A stretch of DNA of 64,000 bases from Trichormus sp. ATA11-4-KO1 (GCA_019358915.1 JAHHIM010000017.1:24107-88106), one strand, 5' to 3'; numbered from the stretch's first letter, positions 21,638-32,380 are shown. The notes: a model not told the origin generated them from the sequence alone. Program-made: numbers and translations.

Positions 21638-22033
21638 AATTTATCCTTTAAGTTTATTAATAAATAAAGTATTTGATTGATAATATCTTTTTCTAAAATT
21701 GCAAGTCAAAAAATATTTCTTTTAGCGATTAAATTTATCTTTATACTATGCTTGATTATTTAGTCTTAATATAAAAGTCGAATCAAACTTGAAATTGCTG
21801 ATATAAAAAGCTTCTTGTAATTATAAGAATGTTTTAATGGTTATATTAAAGTGTTGATCTAAGTACTAAAAAATAAAAAAATTTTTACATGATGAGAAAG
21901 CAAACAGAATTTAGACTAGTTGGGTAAACCTGCCACAAGGAAAATTCCCGTATAGAATGTATTAGTTTTACCTTCTAAAAAAATACCTTTCAAATCCTTA
22001 CTTTGTAAGGATTTGAGGTTTTGGTTTTACATC

Positions 22034-23137
22034 TTAATATGTTTTTTTCATCCGTCGCGGGCGTGTAATCGCGCCCCTTGGGCGCTGACATCTTGCACCT
22101 TGGTCAACAACTGAGTTGCTTGAGGATCTAATGAGGTTGAAAAACTTAATTTTTGGTCGAGAAACTTGCTTTATTAAGTCTTGCTGAGGATGGTGCAAGA
22201 CAGCAGTCCCCCGTTTTCTTCTGTCATCAAAGCACAACAGTTGAGATGCAGACTCTGCTATGACCTCATGGCCAGCAGTTGTCGGATGAATGCTATCCCA
22301 GAAAAAAGCTTGATTTGAGTTGGTATTACAGACAGCTGATATGCTAGAAGGTGGTAAGGCTGTCAAAACTGAGCTTCCCAAGCAAGAGCTAATCACATCT
22401 GTAAAACCGTATCGTCTAGGATTAGCAAAGACCTGCTTAAATAATGAATTAATATCTAGAAAAGCGATGTTGATAGTGTTTAGTTGCTGGTTCAAAGAGT
22501 CAAGATTCGCAGCCAAACTAGTGTTGTATTTAGCTGTCAAATCGTTGAGTTTTTTAGAAGCTTGACTATCGTTTGTACCCGGTAAATCTCCCAAATTTGG
22601 CAAGTTAACTACCAGAATATTGCTAGCTCCAGCAGCCGCAAGACTACGCACTGCCGTTAATATATTTGTGACTGGTTGGTTAGGATCAACAGTTTCGCTA
22701 GAGAAAAAGATATCATTGAAACCACCTGACACGATATAAAGCGCATTTGGGTTAACTGATTTATTAGCAGATGTAAAGTTATTAACCTGAGACAAAACCC
22801 CTGTTAAATATAATGAAGGCAACGATGGAGATGCAACGATGTTAAATAACCCTGATTCAGCACCAACAGCAGCAAAGTTAGTGTTTGGATTAGGCCTTAA
22901 GCCAAGTTTTTGCGCGAGATATTCCACCCAGACTGGACCATTCGTAAGACGTCCCTCATAGTAGGGTTGGGGAGGGAAGCCTGTTCCCAAAACATTTTTT
23001 GTGTAATTGTAATAACTACCACTATCAGAGTAGCTGTCACCAAACACATAAATTTCATCGAAATCCGTAGCTGTTGCCTTAGATGAAAACATGACAGACA
23101 ACAGGAGAAATCCTGTCATTAAAATTTGCTTGTACAT
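22034..23137 (-). CDS. Secreted SGNH/GDSL hydrolase
   Basis: Signal peptide, FGDSYSDSG, GRLTNGPVWVEYL, GFND, FWDSIHPT; ATG 23137 is the likely start. Confidence 0.9.
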   Translation of the reverse strand: MYKQILMTGFLLLSVMFSSKATATDFDEIYVFGDSYSDSGSYYNYTKNVLGTGFPPQPYYEGRLTNGPVWVEYLAQKLGLRPNPNTNFAAVGAESGLFNIVASPSLPSLYLTGVLSQVNNFTSANKSVNPNALYIVSGGFNDIFFSSETVDPNQPVTNILTAVRSLAAAGASNILVVNLPNLGDLPGTNDSQASKKLNDLTAKYNTSLAANLDSLNQQLNTINIAFLDINSLFKQVFANPRRYGFTDVISSCLGSSVLTALPPSSISAVCNTNSNQAFFWDSIHPTTAGHEVIAESASQLLCFDDRRKRGTAVLHHPQQDLIKQVSRPKIKFFNLIRSSSNSVVDQGARCQRPRGAITRPRRMKKTY

Positions 23138-23351
23138 GATAATTTTCTTCTCTTTTTTACAGTTGTGTCGCCAAACCTTTGGCAGTATGTCGGGTTTGTA
23201 ATATGACAACAGATAGTTAGATATTGTTGGAAAAATGCAACTTGTGGGCAGAACAGATTAGCATCGGATAGAATTTCTTTGTCTGTAAAAATCTAGCGAT
23301 CGCGAACGACAAAGAAATTTGCCATTATTTTTCTCAACTCCATCAGTCAGC

Positions 23352-24476
23352 TCAAGCTATTTGTTGAGATAACCACTGCTGAGTATTATTGATACTGGCT
23401 TGCGGTTGGATCATGCAGTGATCAAAATAATCAAATGTTTGACCTAATGCCAGGCGTCGAGGCCAGTCTGGATTAGCTAAGGCTCCTCGCCCTAGAGAAA
23501 CAATGTCTGCGTGTCCTTCTTGGATAATGCGGTTGGCTTGCTCTGGCTGGTGCATACCACCATTGGCAATAATCGGCACCTGAGCGACCTGCTTAGCAAG
23601 CTGAGTAATAGTTATGCCATCACCAATCATTGCTGTCTCAATCCAATCTCGACCTTCACTGGCAAGGTGAATAAAATCTACGCCAGCTTTCCGAAGTGCA
23701 GAGAAGATGACTCGACCATCTGCCTCACCTCCGGGCCAGCGATACTCGAAATCATTAACTTTAGTTTGGGATAGCCGAATCCCCACTGGATAGTTATTAC
23801 CTACAGTTTGGCGAACGGCTTCAACAACCTCAACGGCAAAGCGAATCCGATTCTCTATCGGACCACCATATTGATCCGTTCGCAGGTTAGTGTAGTCTGT
23901 AATGAATTGATCGATCAGATAGCCATTAGCTCCGTGAATCTCTACACCATCAAAACCAATATTTTTGGCGTTGAGCGTGGATTGAGCGAAACCAGCGATC
24001 GCCTCTTGAATCTCCACTTCAGTCATGGCTTTAGGCATGGGGAATGCTCCTTGGCCTCCCCCATACTCCTCCATTTTTTGCCCCTTAGGTTGTACTGCCG
24101 AGGGACCTACTGTATGATCCCGATGATGGTTGCCTTGGCAAAGTGCTCCGGCGTGCATGAGTTGAATGAAAATTGCAGAACCAGCAGCATGGACAACTTC
24201 TACAACTTTGTGCCATCTCTCCATCTGTTGCTCAGTGACAATAGCTGGTTGGTTGATATAGCTCTGGCTGTAGGCGCGATCGGTGTAGGTTCCCTCGGTG
24301 ATAATTAAACTAAAATTACCCTCAGCAAAGGCGGCATAGTACTGCACCATTTGCTTAGTAGGAATACCATCACCTCGGGTACTAACTCGAGACATAGGAG
24401 CAACAGCAACTCTGTTTTTGAGATGAATGCCTCCCAACGTAAAGGAAGTCAAAACAGGATGTTGTGTAGATGTCAT
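23352..24476 (-). CDS. NADH:flavin oxidoreductase (Old Yellow Enzyme family)
   Basis: LKNRVAVAPMSR, QLMHAG, GFDGVEIHGANGYLIDQF, GRGALANPDW. Confidence 0.95.
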   Translation of the reverse strand: MTSTQHPVLTSFTLGGIHLKNRVAVAPMSRVSTRGDGIPTKQMVQYYAAFAEGNFSLIITEGTYTDRAYSQSYINQPAIVTEQQMERWHKVVEVVHAAGSAIFIQLMHAGALCQGNHHRDHTVGPSAVQPKGQKMEEYGGGQGAFPMPKAMTEVEIQEAIAGFAQSTLNAKNIGFDGVEIHGANGYLIDQFITDYTNLRTDQYGGPIENRIRFAVEVVEAVRQTVGNNYPVGIRLSQTKVNDFEYRWPGGEADGRVIFSALRKAGVDFIHLASEGRDWIETAMIGDGITITQLAKQVAQVPIIANGGMHQPEQANRIIQEGHADIVSLGRGALANPDWPRRLALGQTFDYFDHCMIQPQASINNTQQWLSQQIA

Positions 24477-24713
24477 TCTTATCCTCTCTCCTTCAACTTC
24501 ATAAAACGCATAGATTTCTTAGATGATGTAAAAATTACACGCACTTGTGAGGATTGTCCTTTGTCATTAGTTATTGCCAACACTTGAGACAAAGGACAAC
24601 GGAAAAATTAGAGCTTGAGAAATCCTCAAAATGACCTTTTCCACATCTTGTGAAAAGTCAAAACAAATCGCCTTACCCAACGGATTGTTGGTGGTCTGTA
24701 AAGAGAATTAGGA

Positions 24714-26510
24714 TTAAATTGCTAATGCAATAGTTTCTCGCTCAATCTTAGGAACAGATTGATTAAAATCCCATCGAATGTTCTTTCTTAGTGGTTCCAT
24801 CAATTGATGTAGATCGCGAGGTTGCGATTTAGGTTGAAAAAGCCCATCATGCTCCCATCGGTCATCATCCAAACTAATCGCCCAAGCATTCAACCACACT
24901 GGAGATGAAAACATGGTTAATTTCTCTGGCATTGTATCTTCTAAGGCCAACAAAAATATTACCTGAGCCAGTTCTTCCATAATTTTCAAATTAGCCACAT
25001 AGTCATCACTGACCTCGCGCTCAGTCTTATTTGATTTCAGATTTGAACGCAGTTCATCAACAAAAGGCAGCATTGCTAAATAATCTAAAAACTCAAATGT
25101 CAGCCTATGCGATGGCTTATTTGCCCAGTCTAGAAATAACTGCTCTACGCGTTGTGATAGGGAAGAAAATTCTGAAAGTATATGCTGGAATCTCTCTGTG
25201 CTTTCTGGATCTAAAAACGACGAGTTAAAAATCAGTGGTGTTATAGTTGCCCAGGAAAACATAGCACCCCACACAAATTGCAATGTAAATACCAGGGAAC
25301 TTTTACCCAGAAGCTGATAGATTGCTTCATATGCCGATGTCAACTGGTCATTAATCTTTAAGTAAAACTGATTTGCATGGTCAACCATTTTCTGCGTGAG
25401 TTGACCGCTTAGATCCAGTCGAATCAATTCGGTGGTTAAGGTATTCGCCAAGGCAATCATATCACTTCCAGGTGAATACAAAGGATCTACGAATGTACCT
25501 GCTACACCCACACAAGCCCAACGGTCAAGAGAATATACCTGCGTAGAGGAGTGACTATACTTAGGCATTTTCATAAAATCATTGGGCTGTTCGTCTTTTA
25601 GGTAATTAGCTAGTGCAGGCTCGTATTTTTGTAACCACTTGTAAGCCTTTTCGTAAGTATTGTATTCCTGAAAATTATGCACATCATCGCTGGCGACAAT
25701 ACCAAGACTTGTATATCCAGAAGACAAAGGAATCAGCCAGACCCAATATCCATCACCCACTAAGTGATTAGTGGAATGATAGCGCAGATTATTAGGAACA
25801 CGAGCGTGCCACTGTGACTCACTGACCGGAACTAAATCGCTGACATCAAGGCGCTTATTTATCCGAAACCAGACAGCACTACGGTTTTTGCTGTTAGGTT
25901 TTGCTAAATCCAGTTTTTTTTGCAATAATCGGCGGTGACCAGTTGCATCAACTACCCAGCGAGCTTTAACTATTTGAGTTTGTTTGGTATCTAATTTCTT
26001 ATAGATAACTGTGTGAAACTCATCACTCTCTCGCATCTCAATATCTTGCACAGAACAATTTTCTAACAAGTCTATGCCTGCGGCAACATTAAAATCGCGT
26101 AAATCATTCTCAAATATCCCCCGATCCAATTGATAGGTATATTTTGAATGAAAAGAGTTAAAGTCTGCTACTCCCAGTTCTGGTCGCTTTTGTAAAGGTG
26201 CTTGTGAATTACCTAGGAAGAACCGCAGCCCAAGTTTCATCAAATGGTGCTCTTGAATGTAATCTGTTAGGTGTAAAACCTCTGCAAAATAGAAAGAACC
26301 AATTTCAACTGTTGATTCCCCAACTTTAAAGGTCGCAACTGGTAGGGGTCTAACGAGTCGGTCACAAACCAAAATCGAGATGTGAGGCATTTTGAGCCTC
26401 AATTGTCGTGCCAGAGTCATCCCAGCTAGACCACCACCACAGACAACTACATCATATGTATCTTGTAGTTTAGGCGACTGAGAGCTTTCGATGGATTTGA
26501 GCATCATCAT
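24714..26510 (-). CDS. Flavin-dependent halogenase-like protein
   Basis: GGGLAG FAD motif, KVGEST, catalytic-Lys-type LMKLGLRF, halogenase WxWxIP motif (WVWLIP), FVDPLYSPG. Confidence 0.85.
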   Translation of the reverse strand: MMMLKSIESSQSPKLQDTYDVVVCGGGLAGMTLARQLRLKMPHISILVCDRLVRPLPVATFKVGESTVEIGSFYFAEVLHLTDYIQEHHLMKLGLRFFLGNSQAPLQKRPELGVADFNSFHSKYTYQLDRGIFENDLRDFNVAAGIDLLENCSVQDIEMRESDEFHTVIYKKLDTKQTQIVKARWVVDATGHRRLLQKKLDLAKPNSKNRSAVWFRINKRLDVSDLVPVSESQWHARVPNNLRYHSTNHLVGDGYWVWLIPLSSGYTSLGIVASDDVHNFQEYNTYEKAYKWLQKYEPALANYLKDEQPNDFMKMPKYSHSSTQVYSLDRWACVGVAGTFVDPLYSPGSDMIALANTLTTELIRLDLSGQLTQKMVDHANQFYLKINDQLTSAYEAIYQLLGKSSLVFTLQFVWGAMFSWATITPLIFNSSFLDPESTERFQHILSEFSSLSQRVEQLFLDWANKPSHRLTFEFLDYLAMLPFVDELRSNLKSNKTEREVSDDYVANLKIMEELAQVIFLLALEDTMPEKLTMFSSPVWLNAWAISLDDDRWEHDGLFQPKSQPRDLHQLMEPLRKNIRWDFNQSVPKIERETIALAI

Positions 26511-26566
26511 ATCTGCAAAGAGTGGTAAAAGGAAAATTTACTAATACTAAGACCCTATGAGGTCTG

Positions 26567-27508
26567 CTAACGCCAATCATCTATGACATAAGCCTTGGGG
26601 TGATTAAAAGCAGGTTCATTTGGGTTATGCATTGCAACGCCTAGTCTTTCGATCCGGAAGCCAAAGGCCAGCATCTGTTGATAAGCTTGTTGACGTGCGG
26701 TGTTGACTCCACCGATGAGACGTGATGCTCCCTGCAATACACTCAGCCTTTCGCACTCTTGGAGCAACTGCTCGAAATTTTGCTCTACTTTCAGACCCAA
26801 ACGGACTGCCGCAAACTTGATATAGCAATTGTCGCTTCCGGCTTCAGTGTCTTTCCCGTAATGACAAACAGCAAAACTTGTTAGACTTTTGTTATCCCAG
26901 AGAAAGATTGTATCGCCTAGTCCTTGTTTTTCCACAGTACGAATTTCACGTTCTAAATCTAACCCATCGTAAAGAGTATCAGTCAGTTCTCGGCTGCATT
27001 TGAGACACTCCCTTTGTTTGTCTTCAGGTAATTCGGAATATCTTATTCCTTGTAATAACTGTTGGGCTGGTCTAACAGTTTTAGACATAATGGCTGTGAG
27101 AAATTGAGGATAAAATCCAAACTTTTGATACAAATTGAGATGCAAAGGGCTGTCAGAACGAGTGAAGAAACCTGCCTGCTTGATGTCCCAACGCTGGAAA
27201 CATTCCATAGCTGGTTCAATTAATCGCTGGGCAATTCCTTTACCCCAAAAATCTGGATGTACTGTTAAAGGACCAAAAAGTCCAAAGCTTCCCCAATTAA
27301 TCGCAAAATTTGAACCTACCAGTTGTCCATCAACTTCCGCCGCAAAGGCAGTAGTTGGGTCAGTATACCAGCGTTTCATGAATGTCATATTGCTGGTATA
27401 ACTCGTTGCACTATGATTGGCATTGAAAGTGGCAAATGCAAGTTTAAAGACTTGGTCTGCGATCCCTAGTTCACTCTCTTTTAGTGGGCGAATAGAGATA
27501 TGCATCAT
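26567..27508 (-). CDS. Two-domain GNAT N-acetyltransferase
   Basis: GPLTVHPDFWGKGIAQRL, LYQKFGF. Confidence 0.88.
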   Translation of the reverse strand: MMHISIRPLKESELGIADQVFKLAFATFNANHSATSYTSNMTFMKRWYTDPTTAFAAEVDGQLVGSNFAINWGSFGLFGPLTVHPDFWGKGIAQRLIEPAMECFQRWDIKQAGFFTRSDSPLHLNLYQKFGFYPQFLTAIMSKTVRPAQQLLQGIRYSELPEDKQRECLKCSRELTDTLYDGLDLEREIRTVEKQGLGDTIFLWDNKSLTSFAVCHYGKDTEAGSDNCYIKFAAVRLGLKVEQNFEQLLQECERLSVLQGASRLIGGVNTARQQAYQQMLAFGFRIERLGVAMHNPNEPAFNHPKAYVIDDWR

Positions 27509-27713
27509 ATTATTCCCAAAAAGTTGATCTGCTTAGATAAAATTGAAGTCGGCCTTATTTAGTCTTTTGACTAAATACCAAGTAAAATTGTTAAGTCTTG
27601 AATCCCTGTGGTAATTTGGGTGTTATTTTTACTCTGGTTCAAGCTTAAATTGCTAAAGCAGCAATTGCCTTTATTGACTGACTTAGATGACTTAGACAAA
27701 ACTAAAAATTATA

Positions 27714-28091
27714 TCAGTAATGTGAAGAGACATAATTTTTCAGTTGGTGGGATTCATGACCTATTAAAGCTGGATAAAACACACATACGAGACGTAGCAT
27801 AGTTTTGGCTCGGAGGTAATGTTTATCATGCTTATTAAGAGCATACATAGTACCGGGTTTAATGGGATAGATAACACCTTCTGCCTCCACTTCACCCTCA
27901 CCTTCAATGCAATAGCAAGTTTCAAAGTGATTTTTGTATTCCAATAAGGACTCTGTACCAGCTTCAACAATTGTGTCTGTGAGGGAATAGCCCATGCCAT
28001 CTTTTTCAATCAGGAATCGACGGCTTCTACCGTTACCCCATTCAACGTCTCTTTCTGTATCAACAATTTTGTTTAAGTCATTGAGAATCAT
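27714..28091 (-). CDS. ectC: Ectoine synthase-like cupin (solitary EctC)
   Basis: SRRFLIEKDGMGYSLTDT, YKNHFETCYCIEGEGEV, IKPGTMYALNKHDKHYLRA, LVCVFYPALIGHESH. Confidence 0.9.
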   Translation of the reverse strand: MILNDLNKIVDTERDVEWGNGRSRRFLIEKDGMGYSLTDTIVEAGTESLLEYKNHFETCYCIEGEGEVEAEGVIYPIKPGTMYALNKHDKHYLRAKTMLRLVCVFYPALIGHESHQLKNYVSSHY

Positions 28092-28237
28092 TTGAAAGCC
28101 TCCTGAGAAAGTAGTTAAGTGGTAATTCGTTTGTCAGAGATGACATCTGCATCTGATTTTTAGAAAAAGTCAAGCTCTAGGGTTAACTGAAAAGCTTTGG
28201 TTGATGCACAGAATTCTTGAAAGTTGCTAACATCCTT

Positions 28238-29344
28238 TTAGGAAGGTATTTTCAGCCAATCGAATGGTTGCCGCAAAATCATGAAAGACATACCAGTAGC
28301 TCCCTCAAAGTTGTCTAAATTTAGACCTTTTTTGCTCCGTTCCACAGTTCCCTGTCCTTGGAGCAGGCGATGAATGCGATAACGAAAATAGTTATTGAGT
28401 AGTTTTGGCGCAGACACATACTGTAAATAATCACGTAGATACAATTCAGCATCCAGTTGAGGTAGTAAGTACCAGGGACAGGTCATTAATACATGGTGTG
28501 CGTTGTGGTAGTTGTTGTTGAGACATAGTATTAGACTGAGCCAAGGTGGCAAGACAAGAGAATAGGTATTGGCTTCCTCATAATCCAGACTGTACTTCGG
28601 CACCTCTGCGTTGATGATGAAAGCAGAGTAAGTGTGTTGAAAGCCTTCTATGAATTGAATGATATGAAGGAAGCAGCTGTAAGCAATAAAGTAGAGAATA
28701 ACTGAACGGGGGGAATATATTGCTAATACTGTAAACAAGACCCCTCGTAACATTAGAAGCACAGCATTTTGAACACGCTCGTCCCGTCGATTCTGACTGA
28801 GAAAGGGAGCTAGAGCAATCATCCAACGAAAGATGAGATTGACTGCGGGTATGCACAGCCACTCTAGGAAAATAATCAACCTGAGTATGGGTGTCGGTAA
28901 AGATTTTAGGAAATCGGTAATTGAAGCAGGAAAAAATGGGGAAAAATCAGCTCTATGTACATGGTGAGCGATATGATGTAAAGCCAAATCGCGGAAGCGG
29001 CTATAGCAAGAGCCAGTGAGAAAAAGCATAGCTTCACCAAATGCCGCGTTCAGACTTGGACGGGAGAAAATATTGTGGTGGAAAAGTTCGTGGAGAAAGA
29101 GAGCAGCCCATGTCAAAGTGTGTGTTAGTAAAGCGACTCCCAGCAGATTTAACCACCAAATATTTACTGTAATACAGAAGAGGGAGAATCCATAGCTAGC
29201 AAATATGTAAGCTATGGTTATGCCATTGATCCAGTAATTACGGTGGTGGATATAAAACTTCAAGTTAGGAGTTTTCTTGACCTCTATCTCGCTTGCGGAT
29301 ATCTTTGCGTTAGTTTCAGGTATCTGTACGTATGTTGTAGGCAT
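28238..29344 (-). CDS. Membrane fatty-acid desaturase family protein
   Basis: His boxes HELFH, HIAHH and HNAHH; TM segments. Confidence 0.9.
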   Translation of the reverse strand: MPTTYVQIPETNAKISASEIEVKKTPNLKFYIHHRNYWINGITIAYIFASYGFSLFCITVNIWWLNLLGVALLTHTLTWAALFLHELFHHNIFSRPSLNAAFGEAMLFLTGSCYSRFRDLALHHIAHHVHRADFSPFFPASITDFLKSLPTPILRLIIFLEWLCIPAVNLIFRWMIALAPFLSQNRRDERVQNAVLLMLRGVLFTVLAIYSPRSVILYFIAYSCFLHIIQFIEGFQHTYSAFIINAEVPKYSLDYEEANTYSLVLPPWLSLILCLNNNYHNAHHVLMTCPWYLLPQLDAELYLRDYLQYVSAPKLLNNYFRYRIHRLLQGQGTVERSKKGLNLDNFEGATGMSFMILRQPFDWLKIPS

Positions 29345-29728
29345 GTTTTTCTTTTTTTCAACGCATTCTGTTATGTTTTAAACTTTGGCTTTACAATTTA
29401 GATGCTATGGAAAATTTGTATTAAAAGCTATTTAAATTTTGCTAAATTATCAAAATCTTGCTGGTTGTTCGTTGCGGACGAGTTGAGATTCAAAGCCGTG
29501 AGTCTATCTTTTTAGGCTGGAAACTCGCTCAGAGTGGACTTGTGTATACACCGTAGCCAGAACCCGTGAATTACAAGAACAAATGTTAGCCGCAGGATTA
29601 CCTATTTAATTAGTTATTAATATTACTAATAATTTGACGACAATTCTTTTTGAGTCTAGTTGCAATTAATACTGGCTCAGAATGATTATTATTGCTGGCT
29701 CCTACAGTTACCCATTAAGAGTGCCCTT

Positions 29729-31126
29729 TCACAAACCCATCACTGTACGATAATGAAGCTCCAATTGTGCTACGGTTGGAGATTTGCGTTTTGTCTGCCA
29801 CTGACTACGATTAAATAATTCTTGCCGTAAGTTATCAACATTAATTGTTGTCACTTGACCATCAGCAATAATTTGTTTGCCATTTACCCAAGCGCTATCA
29901 ACAACATTTGTCGGACGACCTAAAACTAATAAACCAATGGGATCTGTACGAGGAAGTAATGATAAGTTGATGAGGTCATAAAGCACTAAATCGGCTTGTT
30001 TACCTACAGTGAGAGAACCGATTTTATCTGCCATATTCAGTCCTTTTGCACCGCCCAAGGATGCCATTTCTACTGCTTGCCTGGATGTGATCCAGTGTTG
30101 ATAGTCTAAATCTGTAACGTTGTGCAAGATAGAACCAATTTTGATGGCTTCTAGCAAATCTTGAGAGTCGTTACTGGAAGCACCATCACAACCAAAAGTT
30201 ACATTTACTCCGGCTTGACGATATTTTAAAATTGGGGCGATGCCACTGCCTAAACGCAGGTTACTTAACGGGTTGTGAACAACTGTAGATTCAGTTTGTG
30301 CCAGGATAGCAATATCAGCATCATTTAACCAGACGCAATGGGCTAGAGAAGTGCGATCGCTTAAATATCCGATGCGTTTAAGATGTTCAACAGCAGTACA
30401 ACCGTATTTTTCTTGGGCGAGTTTTTCCTGTGCCTTAGTTTCCAGTAAGTGGGAGTGACGACAAAGATGATAGCGATCGCTTAATTCAATACATCCCTCA
30501 AATAACGCATCAGTACACAACTGTATCCCTGTCGGTGCTACTAACATACTCACACCCTCATCCGGGCGATGAAATTGTCTCACCGCTTCTTCTATAATTT
30601 CTAATGTGGCCGCAGTTGAACGAAAATAAGGTTCATGGGTTTGTGCTGATTCCCCAGAGGGAATACCTGCGGCGAGGGATTCATCTTGAATGAGGGGTGC
30701 AATAAAGGCACGAATTCCTACTTCTTGGTAAGCATGAACAGCAGTAGCAATAGTTTCTAATTCTTGCCCAGGAATTAACACCAGATGATCTACTACACTC
30801 GTCCCACCAGATAGTAGGGTTTCTGTTGCTGTTCCCAAGGCGCTGAGATAAACTTGTTCGGGATCAAGAGGGGCAAAGTCGTATAATTCCGCTAGCCATA
30901 ATTCTAAAGGAAAGATTGACATAATCCCCCGTTGCCACATTTCTGATGAGTGGGTGTGGGCATTAACGAAACCAGGTAGTAATAGCTTATTGCTACCATT
31001 AAAGACAGTACCGCTCACATCTAGATCAGGTGCTATAGCGGCTATCTTACCCTCTACAACCTGCACATCTACAGTTGCATAATCGTCATCAGTGGCAATC
31101 AGAACATTCTTAATAGTAAAATTCAC
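29729..31126 (-). CDS. Metal-dependent amidohydrolase (AtzA/TrzA/SsnA-like deaminase)
   Basis: PGFVNAHTH, HSHLLET, AHCVWL, HNPLSNLRLGSG, GCDG; GTG start with AGAGG RBS inside the element's left repeat. Confidence 0.93.
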   Translation of the reverse strand: MNFTIKNVLIATDDDYATVDVQVVEGKIAAIAPDLDVSGTVFNGSNKLLLPGFVNAHTHSSEMWQRGIMSIFPLELWLAELYDFAPLDPEQVYLSALGTATETLLSGGTSVVDHLVLIPGQELETIATAVHAYQEVGIRAFIAPLIQDESLAAGIPSGESAQTHEPYFRSTAATLEIIEEAVRQFHRPDEGVSMLVAPTGIQLCTDALFEGCIELSDRYHLCRHSHLLETKAQEKLAQEKYGCTAVEHLKRIGYLSDRTSLAHCVWLNDADIAILAQTESTVVHNPLSNLRLGSGIAPILKYRQAGVNVTFGCDGASSNDSQDLLEAIKIGSILHNVTDLDYQHWITSRQAVEMASLGGAKGLNMADKIGSLTVGKQADLVLYDLINLSLLPRTDPIGLLVLGRPTNVVDSAWVNGKQIIADGQVTTINVDNLRQELFNRSQWQTKRKSPTVAQLELHYRTVMGL

Positions 31127-31210
31127 GATTTACCTCTAGCACTACATTTCAACTATTCTATGAGTAGCATTTGAGTAGCAAAATTAAAAATCAGGACATT
31201 CTGCATCAAC
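31110..31210. repeat. Left att direct repeat (101 bp)
   Basis: TTAATAGTAAAATTCACG...CTGCATCAAC is identical to 45613-45713. Confidence 0.95.
31161..31180. promoter_or_regulatory. Putative integrase arm-type sites (TGAGTAGCA x2)
   Basis: Copies at 31161 and 31172 (11-bp period); related pairs at 45476/45487 and 45543/45554. Confidence 0.7.
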
Positions 31211-32365
31211 TACGTTGGGGTGACAGTAGTACTTGAGTACCGTCTGAACCTCATCACCAATCCACAGTGCAACTTTTTCGGGAGTGACACCAGTCGCGAT
31301 CGCCCATGTAGCGAAGGTGTGTCTTGTGGCATAAGGCTTGAGATAGTAGGGAATTTTCCTGGATTGTGCCAGTTGTCTAACAACACCTGGGTAACGGCAG
31401 AGATGACCATTATTGACGACGGCTGATTGATTCCAGACATTATTTAGAATTGCTCCAGTCATCTCGTTTCCAAGTCTGCTTCTAAAAATCAACTCGCTGG
31501 CAACGGCGTTATCAGGTCTAACCGTCAATAGCAGGTTTTGGACTTTGGAGCCACGAGCAGCCGGAAATATTCGCCTTTTCCCGTTCTTCGTGCCTTTGAG
31601 TATGCCGTGCAAATTTCTGGACTTGGTAATTGATATCCGGCAGCAATCAGCACTAACATCTGCCCAGGTGAGAGCAAAGGCCTCTCCTGGTCGGCAGCCG
31701 GTGAAGAACAAGAATTTGACTAGATCGGTGTAATGACAATGGCGCTCATGAAATTCAAAAGCATTGATAATGATGTCTCTCTGTTCTAGGGTGAAAGCAA
31801 GGTAATCTTCACTATCGGTTGATTTTTGCCTCGGTTTTGGAATTTTCAGCTTATCAAACGGATTTTCAGTAATTAGTTGAGAATCCTTAGCCCATTCACA
31901 ACACTGACTAAATTTTGTTAGTAGATGCCATGCCATGTATTGAGTAGTGTTTTTTGTGAGCCAATCTCTGATACTTGATGCGCGATCTAATTCTTGTGTT
32001 GGGAATCGCTTTATGTATCTAGCAATGGCTGCATAACTGCCCTTGATGGTCGTTTTTTCAACCATAGTTGACTTAAACTCGGTGAATAGCTCCCACAGTT
32101 CACCGAGGGACTTGGTATTAGGTATGTGAACTGTGGGGGCTAGACGTTGAGAACCAAATTTGTAGCGTTCGAGCGTATGGTCGAATTCCCCTAACCCAAT
32201 ATCAGCTTCAATAACATCTCTCCGCGCTTGGACAATTACTCTATTTCTTTTGGTGTCCCTCAGTCCTGTAGATAGATAGAACTGACGAGAAAATCCGCGA
32301 ACTCGAAAGCGTAATGAAAGCTTTCGAGTTCGCGGGTCAACGTTTATCCATTTATCGTCATCCAT
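31184..32365 (-). CDS. Tyrosine integrase with N-terminal arm-binding domain
   Basis: N-terminal LRFRVRG..FYLSTGL.DT..N; TGCRPGEAFAL (R), TKNGK (K), YATRHTFATW, V..YY catalytic region. Confidence 0.95.
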   Translation of the reverse strand: MDDDKWINVDPRTRKLSLRFRVRGFSRQFYLSTGLRDTKRNRVIVQARRDVIEADIGLGEFDHTLERYKFGSQRLAPTVHIPNTKSLGELWELFTEFKSTMVEKTTIKGSYAAIARYIKRFPTQELDRASSIRDWLTKNTTQYMAWHLLTKFSQCCEWAKDSQLITENPFDKLKIPKPRQKSTDSEDYLAFTLEQRDIIINAFEFHERHCHYTDLVKFLFFTGCRPGEAFALTWADVSADCCRISITKSRNLHGILKGTKNGKRRIFPAARGSKVQNLLLTVRPDNAVASELIFRSRLGNEMTGAILNNVWNQSAVVNNGHLCRYPGVVRQLAQSRKIPYYLKPYATRHTFATWAIATGVTPEKVALWIGDEVQTVLKYYCHPNVVDAECPDF

Positions 32366-32380
32366 TGATATCGCTAGTTA

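Noticed and set aside
27714..28091. Complete ectoine biosynthesis operon
   Set aside because: No ectB aminotransferase or EctA-sized acetyltransferase in the window.
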